From assembly GCA_045118635.1 (NCBI GenBank), contig JBGUYI010000079.1, positions 1-50,861 on the forward strand: a stretch of 50,861 nucleotides of DNA. The letters run 5' to 3'. This document shows positions 33,579 to 44,732 of this stretch, in pieces (the first letter of the stretch is position 1; every line of letters starts with the position of its first letter). The stretch comes from Acetivibrionales bacterium. GTDB lineage: Bacteria; Bacillota; Clostridia; Acetivibrionales; RGIG10202. Under the pieces are notes generated by a model that made no database searches, was not told the origin of the DNA, and saw only the letters and a program-made list of their open reading frames with translations. Position numbers and translations under genes: made by a program.

Positions 33579-35492
33579 TTAAAAATCTTCTAACCACATA
33601 TCATTTTCCGCATCACTTGGCATTTTTAAATCACTTCTTGGTGATAAACTAATTTTGCCAACCTTTACGCTATCTGGCATACATGACCTTTTAAATTGTT
33701 GGCTAAAAAATCTATTTAAAAATATTTTAAGTGTTTTCTTTATTACTTCCTGGTCAACATTATTAAACGCTATCTTAGCTAAAAAATATATCTTACTTGG
33801 ACTTGCTCCATACTTTAAAAAATGATACAAGAAAAAATCATGTAAGTCATATTTACCTATAATATCTTCTGTCTTTTGTGAAATGTCATTTCCATCTGGT
33901 GGTAAAAGCTCAGGACTAATTGGCAAATCTATAATCTTTTTTAATACCATTTTTAAGTCATCATTCTCTTCATTATTCATTTCCCAATTAATAAGGCATT
34001 TAACTAATGTCTTTGGAACACTAGAATTAACTCCATACATAGACATATGATCACCATTATATGTACAAAAACCCAGCGCCAACTCGGACAAATCACCTGT
34101 TCCAACAACAAGTGCATTGTTCTTATTCGCAATGTCCATAAGAATTTGAGTTCGTTCTCTTGCTTGAACATTTTCATATGTTACGTCATATTTATTTCCA
34201 TCGTGTCCTATATCACGAAAATGTCTCTCACAAGCTTCTTTTATATCCACGTTAATTTCACTAACTTCCAAGCTTTGTATTAAAATTTTTGCATTATTCT
34301 TTGTTCCATCTGTTGTCCCAAATCCTGGCATGGTAACTGCCAATATATTCTTTCTTGGAATTTTTAAATAGTCAAACACTTTTGTTACAACCAAAAGTGC
34401 AAGCGTAGAGTCTAATCCACCTGATACCCCAATCACTACCTTATCTATACCTGTATGTTTTAATCTTTTAGCTAATCCCATCTTTTGTATAGAAAACACT
34501 TCATTACAAACCTCATTTAATTTTTGAGTGTTTTGTGGCACAAATGGAAATCTTTCTATATGCCTATCCAATAATTCTACTTCAACATCTCTTACACAAA
34601 AATCTATCTGTCTAAATGTCGTATCTAGGTTATTAGGTAAAAATGAAGTTAGCTTTATTCTTTTATCTGTCAATCTCAAAATATCTATATCTGATATGAC
34701 TAGTTGATTTTCATCTAAAAAACGTTCGGACTCTTTTAATATTACACCAGATTCTGCTATAATAGCATGCCCTCCAAACACCAAGTCGGTAGTGGATTCA
34801 CCAACTCCTGAGCTAACATAGACATATCCACTAAGACATTTATTAGATTGTTCCTTTACCAAACTTCTTCTTCTATCACCTTTACTAACCAAATCATTAC
34901 TAGCAGAAAGATTAAATATAATTTTTGCACCCTCCATACATAAATACGAACTTGGTGATATAGGAGCCCACAAATCTTCACATATCTCTACCCCAAATGA
35001 CAAATTAGAATTTTTTGAATCCACAAATATTAAGTCAACTCCAAATGGCACATAATTGCCAAACATTTGTATTGTGGTATTTTTTAAATCTTTCCCTGAA
35101 TAAAACCATCTCTTTTCTAAAAATTCACCATAATTAGGTAAGTATGTCTTTGGTACTATGCCTAATATTTTTCCACTTTGTATTACAACCGCACAATTAT
35201 ACAATTTATTCTTATAATAAACAGGCATCCCAAGTATAGATACAATATCCAAATCACAAGTCTCTTCCAATATATGCTTAAGACTTTCTTTCGCATCACT
35301 TATCAATTTATGTTGAAAGAACAAATCCTGACAAGTATATGCCGTTATGCATAACTCTGGACAAACCAAAATCTGTACATTCTTTGAATATGCCTCTTTT
35401 ATTATGTCTATTATATTGTAAGCATTCTTCTTTGTATTTGCAACTGATACCTTGGTAATACCAGCTGCAACTTTTACAAATCCGTAATTCAT
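33579..35492 (-). CDS. nadE: Glutamine-dependent NAD+ synthetase (CN-hydrolase domain plus NAD synthase domain)
   Basis: The N-terminal nitrilase-like domain carries VEICEDLW. The C-terminal PP-loop motif is GVSGGLDSTL. Confidence 0.9.
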   Translation of the reverse strand: MNYGFVKVAAGITKVSVANTKKNAYNIIDIIKEAYSKNVQILVCPELCITAYTCQDLFFQHKLISDAKESLKHILEETCDLDIVSILGMPVYYKNKLYNCAVVIQSGKILGIVPKTYLPNYGEFLEKRWFYSGKDLKNTTIQMFGNYVPFGVDLIFVDSKNSNLSFGVEICEDLWAPISPSSYLCMEGAKIIFNLSASNDLVSKGDRRRSLVKEQSNKCLSGYVYVSSGVGESTTDLVFGGHAIIAESGVILKESERFLDENQLVISDIDILRLTDKRIKLTSFLPNNLDTTFRQIDFCVRDVEVELLDRHIERFPFVPQNTQKLNEVCNEVFSIQKMGLAKRLKHTGIDKVVIGVSGGLDSTLALLVVTKVFDYLKIPRKNILAVTMPGFGTTDGTKNNAKILIQSLEVSEINVDIKEACERHFRDIGHDGNKYDVTYENVQARERTQILMDIANKNNALVVGTGDLSELALGFCTYNGDHMSMYGVNSSVPKTLVKCLINWEMNNEENDDLKMVLKKIIDLPISPELLPPDGNDISQKTEDIIGKYDLHDFFLYHFLKYGASPSKIYFLAKIAFNNVDQEVIKKTLKIFLNRFFSQQFKRSCMPDSVKVGKISLSPRSDLKMPSDAENDMWLEDF

Positions 35493-35525
35493 AAAAATAT
35501 CCCACTTTCTTAAAAGATTTTTTTG

Positions 35526-36932
35526 CTAAACACTCTCAAAAAATATCTTTGATGCTTTATACATTTCATATATATCACCTTTGCTAGTAACTTCTAGTGG
35601 CGAATGCATTGATAAAACTGGGACTCCACAATCAATTACTTCTATACCATAGTTTGCTAAAATATATGCTATAGTTCCTCCTCCTCCTTGGTCAACTTTC
35701 CCTAATTCCGCACACTGCCAAATTATATTATTAGTGTCTAATATATTTCTTAAATAACCTAAATACTCAGCATTAGCATCACTTGCACCTGATTTTCCTC
35801 TGGATCCTGTATATTTTTGAATTACTACACCATTTCCTAAATAAGAAGCATTTCTCTTGTCTTGTACGCCATCATAATTAGGATCCACTCCAGCATTTAC
35901 ATCTGCTGACAACATTCTTGAATTACTAAGTGCATACCTTACATCATATCCATCATATCTTTCTCTTGAACACTTAAACAAAAACTCAACAAATGTCTCA
36001 AAAAAGTTGGCATTTGCTCCAGTATTCCCTACACTTCCGATTTCCTCTTTATCAGTTAAAATGCATATACAAGTTTTCTTAGGATTTTCTATGCTAAGTA
36101 TAGCTTCTAGTGCTGGATATGCACATGCTCTGTCATCTTGACCGTATGCTCCAATCATACTCTCATCAAACCCAATACTTCTTGCCTTAAACTGTGGTAC
36201 TACTTCAATTTCTGCGCTTATAAAATCTTCTTCTTTAATTTTATATTTCTTATTTAAAAGTGTTAAAAGATTCTTTTTAACTTTCTCTTTCACTTCATCT
36301 TTCTTTTCTCCCTTAGTTGGGATTGATCCACACAATATATTTAATCCTTCTCCTGTTATTCCCTCTGTCATTTTCTTTTGCATTTGTTCTTGTGCCAAAT
36401 GAGGCAATAAATCTGTTATTGTAAATATAGGATCTGTTTCATCTTCTCCAATTGCAATATCTACACACTTACCGTCTTTTTTTATTACAACCCCATGCAA
36501 AGACAAAGGAATTACTGTCCACTGATATTTTTTTATGCCACCATAATAATGAGTTTTTAACATTCCAAAACCTGTATCCTCATACAACGGATTTTGTTTT
36601 AAATCAAGTCTTGGCGAATCTATATGTGCTCCTACAATATTAAATCCTTTCTCTAATGGTTCGCTTCCTAAAACTCCAAATATAATAGCTTTATTTTTTA
36701 TCACTCCAAATATCTTCATGCCACTTTTTAATTTCTTTTTTCCACTTACAATATCATCACATGACACAAAATTTTTTTTAATAGCTAACTTACATGCATT
36801 TTTTACAAAATTTCTCTCTGTTTTTGAACAATCCAAAAATTTCATATATTCATCACAAAACGTAAATGCTTTATTCTTTTGTTCCTCATTATATTCTTCC
36901 CAAACATTTTTTCTCTTATAAAATAAATCCAT
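35526..36932 (-). CDS. M18-family aminopeptidase
   Basis: The motif GAHIDSPRLDLK and the acidic and His metal ligands are present (DKEEIGS, SMHSP). GGAGGG lies 10 nt upstream of ATG 36932. Confidence 0.82.
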   Translation of the reverse strand: MDLFYKRKNVWEEYNEEQKNKAFTFCDEYMKFLDCSKTERNFVKNACKLAIKKNFVSCDDIVSGKKKLKSGMKIFGVIKNKAIIFGVLGSEPLEKGFNIVGAHIDSPRLDLKQNPLYEDTGFGMLKTHYYGGIKKYQWTVIPLSLHGVVIKKDGKCVDIAIGEDETDPIFTITDLLPHLAQEQMQKKMTEGITGEGLNILCGSIPTKGEKKDEVKEKVKKNLLTLLNKKYKIKEEDFISAEIEVVPQFKARSIGFDESMIGAYGQDDRACAYPALEAILSIENPKKTCICILTDKEEIGSVGNTGANANFFETFVEFLFKCSRERYDGYDVRYALSNSRMLSADVNAGVDPNYDGVQDKRNASYLGNGVVIQKYTGSRGKSGASDANAEYLGYLRNILDTNNIIWQCAELGKVDQGGGGTIAYILANYGIEVIDCGVPVLSMHSPLEVTSKGDIYEMYKASKIFFESV

Positions 36933-36953
36933 TTTACTTAATCCCTCCAAATT

Positions 36954-39335
36954 TTATTTTTTTAATTCCACGATTGTAACTCCAAATTCTCCTTCTCCAA
37001 ATCCACCTGTCCTGTAAGATTTTACATGAACATTACGTTTTAAAAAATTCTGAATCCCCTCTCTTAAAATCCCACTTCCTTTTCCATGTACAATTGTTAT
37101 ATTTGAAATATTTGATAAACTAACACTATCTAAATATTTATCAACTAAATATATAGCCTCTTCTAAATTATTACCTCTAACATCTATCTTAGTAGAAATT
37201 TCTTTAGTTTTTCTAGTCCCACTACTAGTTACATACCCTTTCTTCTCTTCTACTTTTCTTAAATTAGATACATTAACATTTAATTTTATTATACCAATTA
37301 ACACCAAAACTTCATTTGTTTGTTCATTTATTGAAAGGACATCGCCCTTTTTATCTAAATTCGCTACATAAACAGTATCACCTACTTTTATATCTTTAAT
37401 TTTTAAAGCTTTTCTGCCATCTTTTGGCTCAACTGTTTTTAATAATTTTTCTTCTAAACTTTTATCTATAGAATCTATTTTACCTTTTAGCATTAATCTA
37501 TTTTTTTCTAATTCTTTATTCTTTTCAGATTCTTCTTTCATTAAGGATGCTTTTCTAATCTCACTTATTATGTTTGTAGCATCTAATTTTGCATCCTCTA
37601 AAATCTTTTTGGCCGCAATTTTAGCCTCTTTTAAAATACGCTCTTTCTGGTCTTTTAACTGTTCCTTTTGAGTCTTTACTTGCTTCTTTTGTTCTTCTAT
37701 CTCAAGTCTTAAAGATGCCATTTTAGTTTTTTCAACTTCGGTTTGTTGTCTGTTCTTTTCTATTTGTGTAAGCATATCTTCAAACTCTATTTGTTCTGAT
37801 GTCAAAAGTTTATAAGCATTATTTATTATCTCATCTGACAATCCAAGTTTTTTTGAAATTGAAAACGCATTACTTCGTCCAGGAACACCTATTAAAAGTT
37901 TATATGTTGGCTTTAATGTAGATACATCAAATTCACAACTAGCATTTTCTACACCATCTGTTGTACTAGCATAAACTTTTAACTCACTATAATGAGTAGT
38001 TGCTACAATACTAGTTCCCTTATTTCTAAAATAATCTAAAATAGACATGGCTAGTGCTGCTCCTTCTGTAGGATCAGTACCTGCACCTATCTCATCTAAA
38101 AGAACTAACGAATTAACATCTACATTCTCTATTATCTTTATTATATTTTTTATATGTGAAGAAAAAGTACTAAGACTTTGCTCTATACTTTGCTCATCTC
38201 CAATATCCGCATATATTTTATCAAACACTGTCATAGTAGTCCCACTATCAGCTGGTATATGTAACCCTGCTTGGGTCATCAAAGCAAATAAACCAACTGT
38301 CTTTAATGTGACAGTTTTCCCTCCAGTGTTCGGACCTGTTATCACCAACGTCTTAAAATCTTTACCTAGCCAAAAATCAATAGGTACTACCTCTCTAGCA
38401 TCTAATAATACATGCCTACCCCTTTTTATATATACTTCCTTTTCTTTTACCAAATTAGGACATACACAATCGTACTCTAGACTAAATTTGGCCTTTGCAA
38501 AAATAAAATCTATTATGCCAAGTTCTTTTATATTTTCACTAAGCTCGTTAGTAATAGCTCTAACACTATCACTAAGTTCCATTAATATTTTTTCAATCTC
38601 AATTTTCTCTTTTATTTTTAACTGCTTTATCTTATTGTTAGCATCAACAACCACCATTGGTTCCACAAATAAAGTAGCACCAGATGATGATGAATCATGA
38701 ACAATTCCAGATACCTCACCCCTATATTCTTGCTTTACAGGAACTACATATCTTCCATCTCTCATGGTAACTATAGAATCTCTGATATACTTTGCATACT
38801 TTGCACTTTTAACCAACTCATTCAACTTATTTTTTATAAAAAGTTTATGTGATGATATTTGCTTTCTTATTGACAATAACTCATTACTTGCATTATCATT
38901 TAATTCTTCTTCATTTAATATGGCAAAAAATATTTTCTTTTCTATTCTGTCATTCATGTATAATGATTCTATCATATCAACCAAAATATTATTCGCTAAA
39001 TCTCTACTACCTCTATAAAGATAACCTTTTAGAAGTCTAACTACCCTTAATGTATCTGCAATCTCCAATAATTCTTTGCAATTTAACATACCATTCATAT
39101 TTAATCTTTTTATTGCATTTCGTATATCTTTTATTCCTCCAAGACTAGGTACCCCTAACTTAAGCATAAAGTCTACTCCATCTGTAGTCTTTTTTAATGA
39201 ATCTCTAACTATATCAAAATCTACAGCTGGCCTTAAATCATTTACATGTTCCTTACCCAATCTCGAAGATGAAAAGTCATCTAATATACTTATAACCTTA
39301 TCAAACTCTAACACCTTAAGCGTTTTTTCATCCAT
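36954..39335 (-). CDS. mutS2: Endonuclease MutS2 with a C-terminal Smr domain
   Basis: The N-terminus is MDEKTLKVLEF. Walker A is GPNTGGKTV and Walker B is LLDEIGAGTDP. The Smr domain carries IDVRGNNLEEA...VHGKGSGILR. Confidence 0.9.
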   Translation of the reverse strand: MDEKTLKVLEFDKVISILDDFSSSRLGKEHVNDLRPAVDFDIVRDSLKKTTDGVDFMLKLGVPSLGGIKDIRNAIKRLNMNGMLNCKELLEIADTLRVVRLLKGYLYRGSRDLANNILVDMIESLYMNDRIEKKIFFAILNEEELNDNASNELLSIRKQISSHKLFIKNKLNELVKSAKYAKYIRDSIVTMRDGRYVVPVKQEYRGEVSGIVHDSSSSGATLFVEPMVVVDANNKIKQLKIKEKIEIEKILMELSDSVRAITNELSENIKELGIIDFIFAKAKFSLEYDCVCPNLVKEKEVYIKRGRHVLLDAREVVPIDFWLGKDFKTLVITGPNTGGKTVTLKTVGLFALMTQAGLHIPADSGTTMTVFDKIYADIGDEQSIEQSLSTFSSHIKNIIKIIENVDVNSLVLLDEIGAGTDPTEGAALAMSILDYFRNKGTSIVATTHYSELKVYASTTDGVENASCEFDVSTLKPTYKLLIGVPGRSNAFSISKKLGLSDEIINNAYKLLTSEQIEFEDMLTQIEKNRQQTEVEKTKMASLRLEIEEQKKQVKTQKEQLKDQKERILKEAKIAAKKILEDAKLDATNIISEIRKASLMKEESEKNKELEKNRLMLKGKIDSIDKSLEEKLLKTVEPKDGRKALKIKDIKVGDTVYVANLDKKGDVLSINEQTNEVLVLIGIIKLNVNVSNLRKVEEKKGYVTSSGTRKTKEISTKIDVRGNNLEEAIYLVDKYLDSVSLSNISNITIVHGKGSGILREGIQNFLKRNVHVKSYRTGGFGEGEFGVTIVELKK

Positions 39336-39336
39336 A

Positions 39337-39888
39337 TCATTTCTCCACATTTTTTTTCTTTGTTGCATCTTTGTAAACAAATACATATTTTATAAATGCA
39401 AATACCATGGCCACTAAAGTGGCTAATATTGATATCACTACAATTAAACTTGGTACTGGTCCATCTATATTAAGTATTTTAAACATCATAGTTATTACTA
39501 TGGCAAAATAAAAAACGACTGTTGCAAATTTGCCATACCAATTAGCTGAAACCACAAAATGTTCTTTTTTATATAATTTAATACTCCCTCCAACCATACA
39601 CAATTCCTTTATGAGCATAATTATCAAAAATACTCTTGGAATTATTTTATGGATAGTTAGCATAATTAATGCAGTAATTTGCATTAATTTATCCGCTAGA
39701 GGGTCTGCCAATTTCCCCCACTTCGTTACTTGTTTAAACTTTCTTGCTACGTAACCGTCTAATACATCTGTTGCACCAGCCAGCATAAATATAATTATAG
39801 AAACAGTATACTGCTGCATATACAAATAATATCCAAAAAACGGTACCATAATAAACCTTATAGCCGTTAATATATTAGCTAAATTCAA
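39337..39888 (-). CDS. pgsA: CDP-diacylglycerol-glycerol-3-phosphate 3-phosphatidyltransferase
   Basis: The CDP-alcohol phosphatidyltransferase motif DVLDGYVARK..(8)..GKLADPLADK is present. The start is ambiguous: TTG 39888 gives MNLANILT, and GTG 39897 is the alternative. Confidence 0.85.
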   Translation of the reverse strand: MNLANILTAIRFIMVPFFGYYLYMQQYTVSIIIFMLAGATDVLDGYVARKFKQVTKWGKLADPLADKLMQITALIMLTIHKIIPRVFLIIMLIKELCMVGGSIKLYKKEHFVVSANWYGKFATVVFYFAIVITMMFKILNIDGPVPSLIVVISILATLVAMVFAFIKYVFVYKDATKKKNVEK

Positions 39889-39914
39889 ACTATACACACA
39901 CCCTTTCTCATTTC

Positions 39915-40886
39915 TTACAATGCTAACAACTTATTTAGTCGTATTAAATCGTAAGAAAGTTCTTTTTTCATCTGTAACGCTTCAGTGATATCTAAATCTA
40001 CAACTTCACCTCTTTGCAATGCTACTATCCTGTTTGTTTTATTTTGTTGTAATAGCTCTACAGCCTTTCCTCCCATAACACTCGCCATAAATCTATCATG
40101 AGCTGTAGGGCTTCCTCCTCTTTGTACATGCCCTAAAATAGTTGCTCTTGCCTCTACTCCAGATATCCTTTGAATATCCTCAGCAATCTCAGTTGCCTTT
40201 CCAACACCTTCTGCTACAATTATTATATAATGTTTTTTACCTCTATTTCGGCCTTCTACTATTGGCTTTATTATATCATTATCTAAATCAAATTCCTTCT
40301 CTGGAATAAGTGCTACCTCAGCTCCTGTCGCTATTGCCACATTAACTGCTATATATCCTGATTCTCTTCCCATTACCTCTATAACACTACATCTTTCATG
40401 CGAAAAAGCTGTATCCCTTATTTTATCGACAGCATCCTTCACTGTATTTAGTGCTGTATCAAATCCTATTGTATATTCTGTACAACCAATATCATTGTCT
40501 ATAGTTCCAGGAATCCCTATAACAGGTATCTTTCCTACATTAGATAAATTAAGTGCTCCTCTATATGAACCATCACCACCAATTATAACTACTGCATCTA
40601 TGTTAAAATGCTTACACATAGCTACTGCTTTATCTAAACCTTCTTTAGTCATAAACTCCTCTGACCTAGCTGTTTGTAGTATTGTCCCACCTCTATATAT
40701 AATTTCAGAAACGGATCTTAGTGACATTTCTTCAATGTCTCCACCAATAAGTCCACGATAACCTTTTCTTATTCCCATGACCCGAAAGCCATTACCAATA
40801 CCTGTCCTAACCACTGCTCTTATAGCTGCATTCATTCCAGGTGCGTCCCCACCACTTGTTAATACACCAATTGTTTTTATTGACAT
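39915..40886 (-). CDS. pfkA: ATP-dependent 6-phosphofructokinase
   Basis: The motifs are GVLTSGGDAPGMNAAIR, IGGDGSY, PGTIDND and MGRESGYIA. It lies immediately downstream of dnaE. Confidence 0.92.
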   Translation of the reverse strand: MSIKTIGVLTSGGDAPGMNAAIRAVVRTGIGNGFRVMGIRKGYRGLIGGDIEEMSLRSVSEIIYRGGTILQTARSEEFMTKEGLDKAVAMCKHFNIDAVVIIGGDGSYRGALNLSNVGKIPVIGIPGTIDNDIGCTEYTIGFDTALNTVKDAVDKIRDTAFSHERCSVIEVMGRESGYIAVNVAIATGAEVALIPEKEFDLDNDIIKPIVEGRNRGKKHYIIIVAEGVGKATEIAEDIQRISGVEARATILGHVQRGGSPTAHDRFMASVMGGKAVELLQQNKTNRIVALQRGEVVDLDITEALQMKKELSYDLIRLNKLLAL

Positions 40887-40963
40887 ATAAACTCCCCCAT
40901 AAAATTAAGATTAATCTACACCACACATTAGATTATAACATAATTGTAATAAAGTAGAAAGAT

Positions 40964-43900
40964 TTAGATTATCTTAGTAACTAATTTTACATTATCATCC
41001 CCTAATCTTTCCTTTAATTCATCTATAGCAACGCTATCTAAATTTATCCAACAATCATTTGGTAATATACCAGCTTTTTCTTCTCCATCTCTATAAAAAT
41101 ATACAGGAGTCTTACCTTTAAAATATCTTAACAAAGCCATTATTGAATCTATATTTTTATAATCTTTACCTACTCTAATATACAATTTTTCAACCTTTTT
41201 TTCAAATCTTTTATCATTGATATCATAAACTTCATTGCAAAAAACCTTTGGTTCCTCCTCATCTTCTATCCTTACACTACCTTTTATAAGTACTACACTC
41301 TCAGGTAAAAGCATATCTTTATATTTCTCAAGTGCATACGGAAATACTAAAACCTCTATACTTCCATACACATCTTCTAATGTAATAAAAGACATAACAC
41401 TTTTGTTTCTCGTTACTTTATCTTCTCTTTTCGCTATAAGACCTCCAATTATAACAGACTGTTCATTTTTTATATTACTCTCTTCTTTGTTAATCATTTT
41501 TATATCCTTCGTATAAGCCGTAACTCTCGTATCTAATAGTTTTTCATATTCATAAACTGGGTTCCCAGTTAAATATATACTAATCATTTCTTTTTCCATA
41601 GATAATAATTTTCTTTGCGGGAACTCAGGTATGTCTGGAAATACAACATTTGTTGATTGCAACAAATCATCATCTTTTGATACTTCAAATAAAGAAATTT
41701 GACCAGCATACTTTGATTTATTTAACTGATTAGCCGAATCTAACATTTTTTCATACACTTCCAATAATTGAGAAACATATACACCCATTGATTTAAAAGC
41801 TCCGCTCTTTATAAGACTCTCTACAACTTTTTTCTTAATATCTTTTTTGGCGGCTCTATTTATAAAATCAGAAAAATCCTTAAACTTCCCATTATTATTT
41901 CTTTCTTTTACAAGAATTTTAACAGCTTCTTCCCCTAAATTTCTTACTGCTTTTAATCCAAATCGTATCTTACCATCTTTAGTAGAAAAATCACATTCAC
42001 TTTCATTTACATCTGGTGGTAAAACTTCTATCCCATTTTGTCTGCATGCATTTATATAAAAAGCTATTTTATCTGGATTAGATACCATACTATTTAGTAA
42101 TGCTGCCATAAATTCAATAGGATAATAACACTTAAGGTATGCAGTCTGATATGCAATAACCGCATAAGCTGCTGCATGTGATTTATTAAACGCATAACTT
42201 GCAAAATCCATCATTTCATCAAATATCTTATTTGCAACTTCAGGAGAAACTCCATTATGTACACAACCATTAACAACTCTATTACCATCTTTATCTAATA
42301 TTCCATAAATGAAGTTTTTTCTTTCTTCTTTCATAACATCAACTTTTTTCTTTGCCATTGCACGTCGTACCAAATCGGCCCTTCCCATTGAGTATCCAGC
42401 AAGTTCTCTAACTATTTTCATAACTTGTTCTTGATATATCATACAACCATACGTAACATCTAATATATCCTTTAACAATGGATGCTCATACTTTATATTC
42501 TTTGCATCATTTTTATTACTTATGTATCTTGGAATTTGATCCATAGGTCCCGGTCTATATAAAGATATGCCAGCTATTATATCTTCAAAAGATGTAGGCT
42601 TCAATTCTTTCATAAAGCTTGTCATCCCCGCACTTTCTAGCTGGAATACACCTACAGTATTCCCATTACTTATAAATTTATATACCTTTTTATCGTCTAA
42701 TGGTATCTTTTCTATATTTATTTTAACACCCGTATTTTTATAAATTAAGTCTACTGTATCTCGTATAACTGTCAATGTCCTAAGTCCTAAAAAGTCCATT
42801 TTTAAAAGTCCTTGTTCCTCTAATAAACCACCTACAAACTGAGTAGTTATACTATCTTCATTCCTCTGCAATGGAACATAGTTTGTTATAGACTCTTTTG
42901 ATATAACAACCCCAGCCGCATGTGTTGAAGAATGTCTTGGCATGCCTTCTAGCTTCATTGCTATATCTATTATCTCATGTGCAATCTTATCACTTTCATA
43001 TTTATTTTTTAGCTCAGAACTTATCTCTATTGCAGTTTTTATATCAATTCCAAGCTTTGTTGGTATCAATTTTACTAAATCATCAATATATGCATATGGA
43101 ATATCCAACACCCTTCCTACATCCCTTATAGATGATTTTGCTGCCATTGTACCAAATGTTATTATTTGTGCAACTTTATCTTTACCATATTTACTAACAA
43201 CATAATTTATTACTTCTTGACGTCGTTCATAACAAAAATCTATATCAATATCTGGCATAGAAACTCTTTCAGGATTTAAAAACCTTTCAAACAATAGTTC
43301 ATATTTAACGGGGTCTATATTTGTTATACCCAGTGTATAAGAAACTATACTACCCGCCGCAGATCCTCTGCCTGGACCCACCATTATTCCATTATCTTTC
43401 GCATATTTTATAAAATCCCAAACAATTAAAAAATAATCGATATAACCCATCTGAGAAATTATAGATAATTCATGATCAAGCCTTCCTTGAACTTTTTTGA
43501 TTTCTTCATCATTATAAAGTTCCCTTAATCCCTTATTACACAAATACTCTAGATACGAAAACGGAGTATACTCTTCTGGTACGTCAAATTTAGGTAAATG
43601 AAGTTTACCAAATTCTATCTCGACATTACACTTATCCGCTATCTTTCTTGTATTTAAAATAGCTTCAGGAAAATTTTTAAATAACTCACTCATTTCGTCT
43701 GGTGATTTCACATAAAAATCATCTGACGAAAATCTCATTCTGTTTTCATCACTTAAAGTCTTCCCTGTTTGGATACACATCAATATTTCTTGAACCTTAG
43801 CATCTTCTCTTTTTAAATAATGGGCGTCATTTGTTGCCACAATAGGAATGTCTAGCTCTTTTGAAAATTCAATTAACTTTTGATTAACTAAATTTTGTTC

Positions 43901-44449
43901 AGGAATCTTGTTCATCTGTAATTCTAAATAAAAATCATCTTTAAATATTTCTTTTAATTTAATTGCTTGTTCTTTTGCCTTTTTTAAATCATTATTTATG
44001 ATATATCTTGATAATACACCAGCTAAACATCCACTTAAAACAATTATTCCCTCACTATACTTTTCTAATACTTCCATATCTATTCTCGGTTTATAATAAA
44101 ATCCATCTATAAAACCAATGGACACTAGTTTCATAAGATTTTTATACCCTGTATTATTCTTAGCTAACAAAATAATATGCATACTTTTATCTACTCTACC
44201 ATTTTGTTTATCAAATCTGCTATTTGGCGCCATATATGCCTCACAACCAATTATTGGCTTTATACCATTTTTTTTAGCTTCTTTATAAAAATCAATTACT
44301 CCATACATGACTCCATGATCAGTAATTGCTATACTATCCATTCCAAGCTCTTTTGTTCTTTCTATGAGCTCATTTATTCTGTTTGCTCCATCTAATAGAC
44401 TATATTCTGTATGTATATGCAAATGCACAAAATTATTGTTTTCCATCAA
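40964..44449 (-). CDS. dnaE: DNA polymerase III alpha subunit (DnaE type)
   Basis: The PHP domain begins FVHLHIHTEYSLLDGA. The 1161-aa product has the polymerase core and a C-terminal OB region. AGGAGA serves as the RBS. Confidence 0.93.
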   Translation of the reverse strand: MMENNNFVHLHIHTEYSLLDGANRINELIERTKELGMDSIAITDHGVMYGVIDFYKEAKKNGIKPIIGCEAYMAPNSRFDKQNGRVDKSMHIILLAKNNTGYKNLMKLVSIGFIDGFYYKPRIDMEVLEKYSEGIIVLSGCLAGVLSRYIINNDLKKAKEQAIKLKEIFKDDFYLELQMNKIPEQNLVNQKLIEFSKELDIPIVATNDAHYLKREDAKVQEILMCIQTGKTLSDENRMRFSSDDFYVKSPDEMSELFKNFPEAILNTRKIADKCNVEIEFGKLHLPKFDVPEEYTPFSYLEYLCNKGLRELYNDEEIKKVQGRLDHELSIISQMGYIDYFLIVWDFIKYAKDNGIMVGPGRGSAAGSIVSYTLGITNIDPVKYELLFERFLNPERVSMPDIDIDFCYERRQEVINYVVSKYGKDKVAQIITFGTMAAKSSIRDVGRVLDIPYAYIDDLVKLIPTKLGIDIKTAIEISSELKNKYESDKIAHEIIDIAMKLEGMPRHSSTHAAGVVISKESITNYVPLQRNEDSITTQFVGGLLEEQGLLKMDFLGLRTLTVIRDTVDLIYKNTGVKINIEKIPLDDKKVYKFISNGNTVGVFQLESAGMTSFMKELKPTSFEDIIAGISLYRPGPMDQIPRYISNKNDAKNIKYEHPLLKDILDVTYGCMIYQEQVMKIVRELAGYSMGRADLVRRAMAKKKVDVMKEERKNFIYGILDKDGNRVVNGCVHNGVSPEVANKIFDEMMDFASYAFNKSHAAAYAVIAYQTAYLKCYYPIEFMAALLNSMVSNPDKIAFYINACRQNGIEVLPPDVNESECDFSTKDGKIRFGLKAVRNLGEEAVKILVKERNNNGKFKDFSDFINRAAKKDIKKKVVESLIKSGAFKSMGVYVSQLLEVYEKMLDSANQLNKSKYAGQISLFEVSKDDDLLQSTNVVFPDIPEFPQRKLLSMEKEMISIYLTGNPVYEYEKLLDTRVTAYTKDIKMINKEESNIKNEQSVIIGGLIAKREDKVTRNKSVMSFITLEDVYGSIEVLVFPYALEKYKDMLLPESVVLIKGSVRIEDEEEPKVFCNEVYDINDKRFEKKVEKLYIRVGKDYKNIDSIMALLRYFKGKTPVYFYRDGEEKAGILPNDCWINLDSVAIDELKERLGDDNVKLVTKII

Positions 44450-44553
44450 ATTCTCCTATTTTGTTATATTAATCTCCAAAGATTATTTTATACTTATTTT
44501 TAGAATTGTTCAAGTCGAAGAAATAATAATAATTTAAATTTAACATTATTAAA

Positions 44554-44582
44554 AGAAGGATTTTTAACAACTATTGTATAAT
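44554..44582 (+). promoter_or_regulatory. Sigma-70-like promoter reading into E-element copy B
   Basis: TTAACA (44554-44559) is followed by a 17-nt spacer and TATAAT (44577-44582), which is preceded by TG. Confidence 0.5.
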
Positions 44583-44589
44583 TAATAAG

Positions 44590-44732
44590 TATAGGGAGTG
44601 TGCTTCTCACGTAACACAAAATACATACGTGCATCCATATGTGTCAAAGCTGGATTGTTAAATTTCCCTCGGAGCTCGAACTTTCACTAAATTAAAATTA
44701 TGTACCTACTGCCTAAGATAAAAAAGCTTAGG
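44590..44732 (-). repeat. E-element copy B, a candidate sRNA or 5' leader if transcribed from the plus-strand promoter
   Basis: It is collinear with copy A through three blocks at equal spacing, and with copy D across the atgtacc..gccta..aagcttag region. It ends in the hairpin cctaag-ataaaaaag-cttagg at 44712-44732. Confidence 0.55.

Noticed and set aside
35308-35505. A 65-aa minus-strand ORF overlapping the nadE start.
   Set aside because: It is an alternative frame across the 5' end of nadE, with no RBS and a Cys/Tyr-rich nonsense composition.
38047-38700. Plus-strand ORF of 217 aa inside mutS2. Similar shadow ORFs lie inside dnaE, nadE, clpE, the sensor kinase and the GGDEF gene.
   Set aside because: Each lies fully within a well-supported conserved gene on the other strand. 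They have no translation signals and no recognisable motifs.
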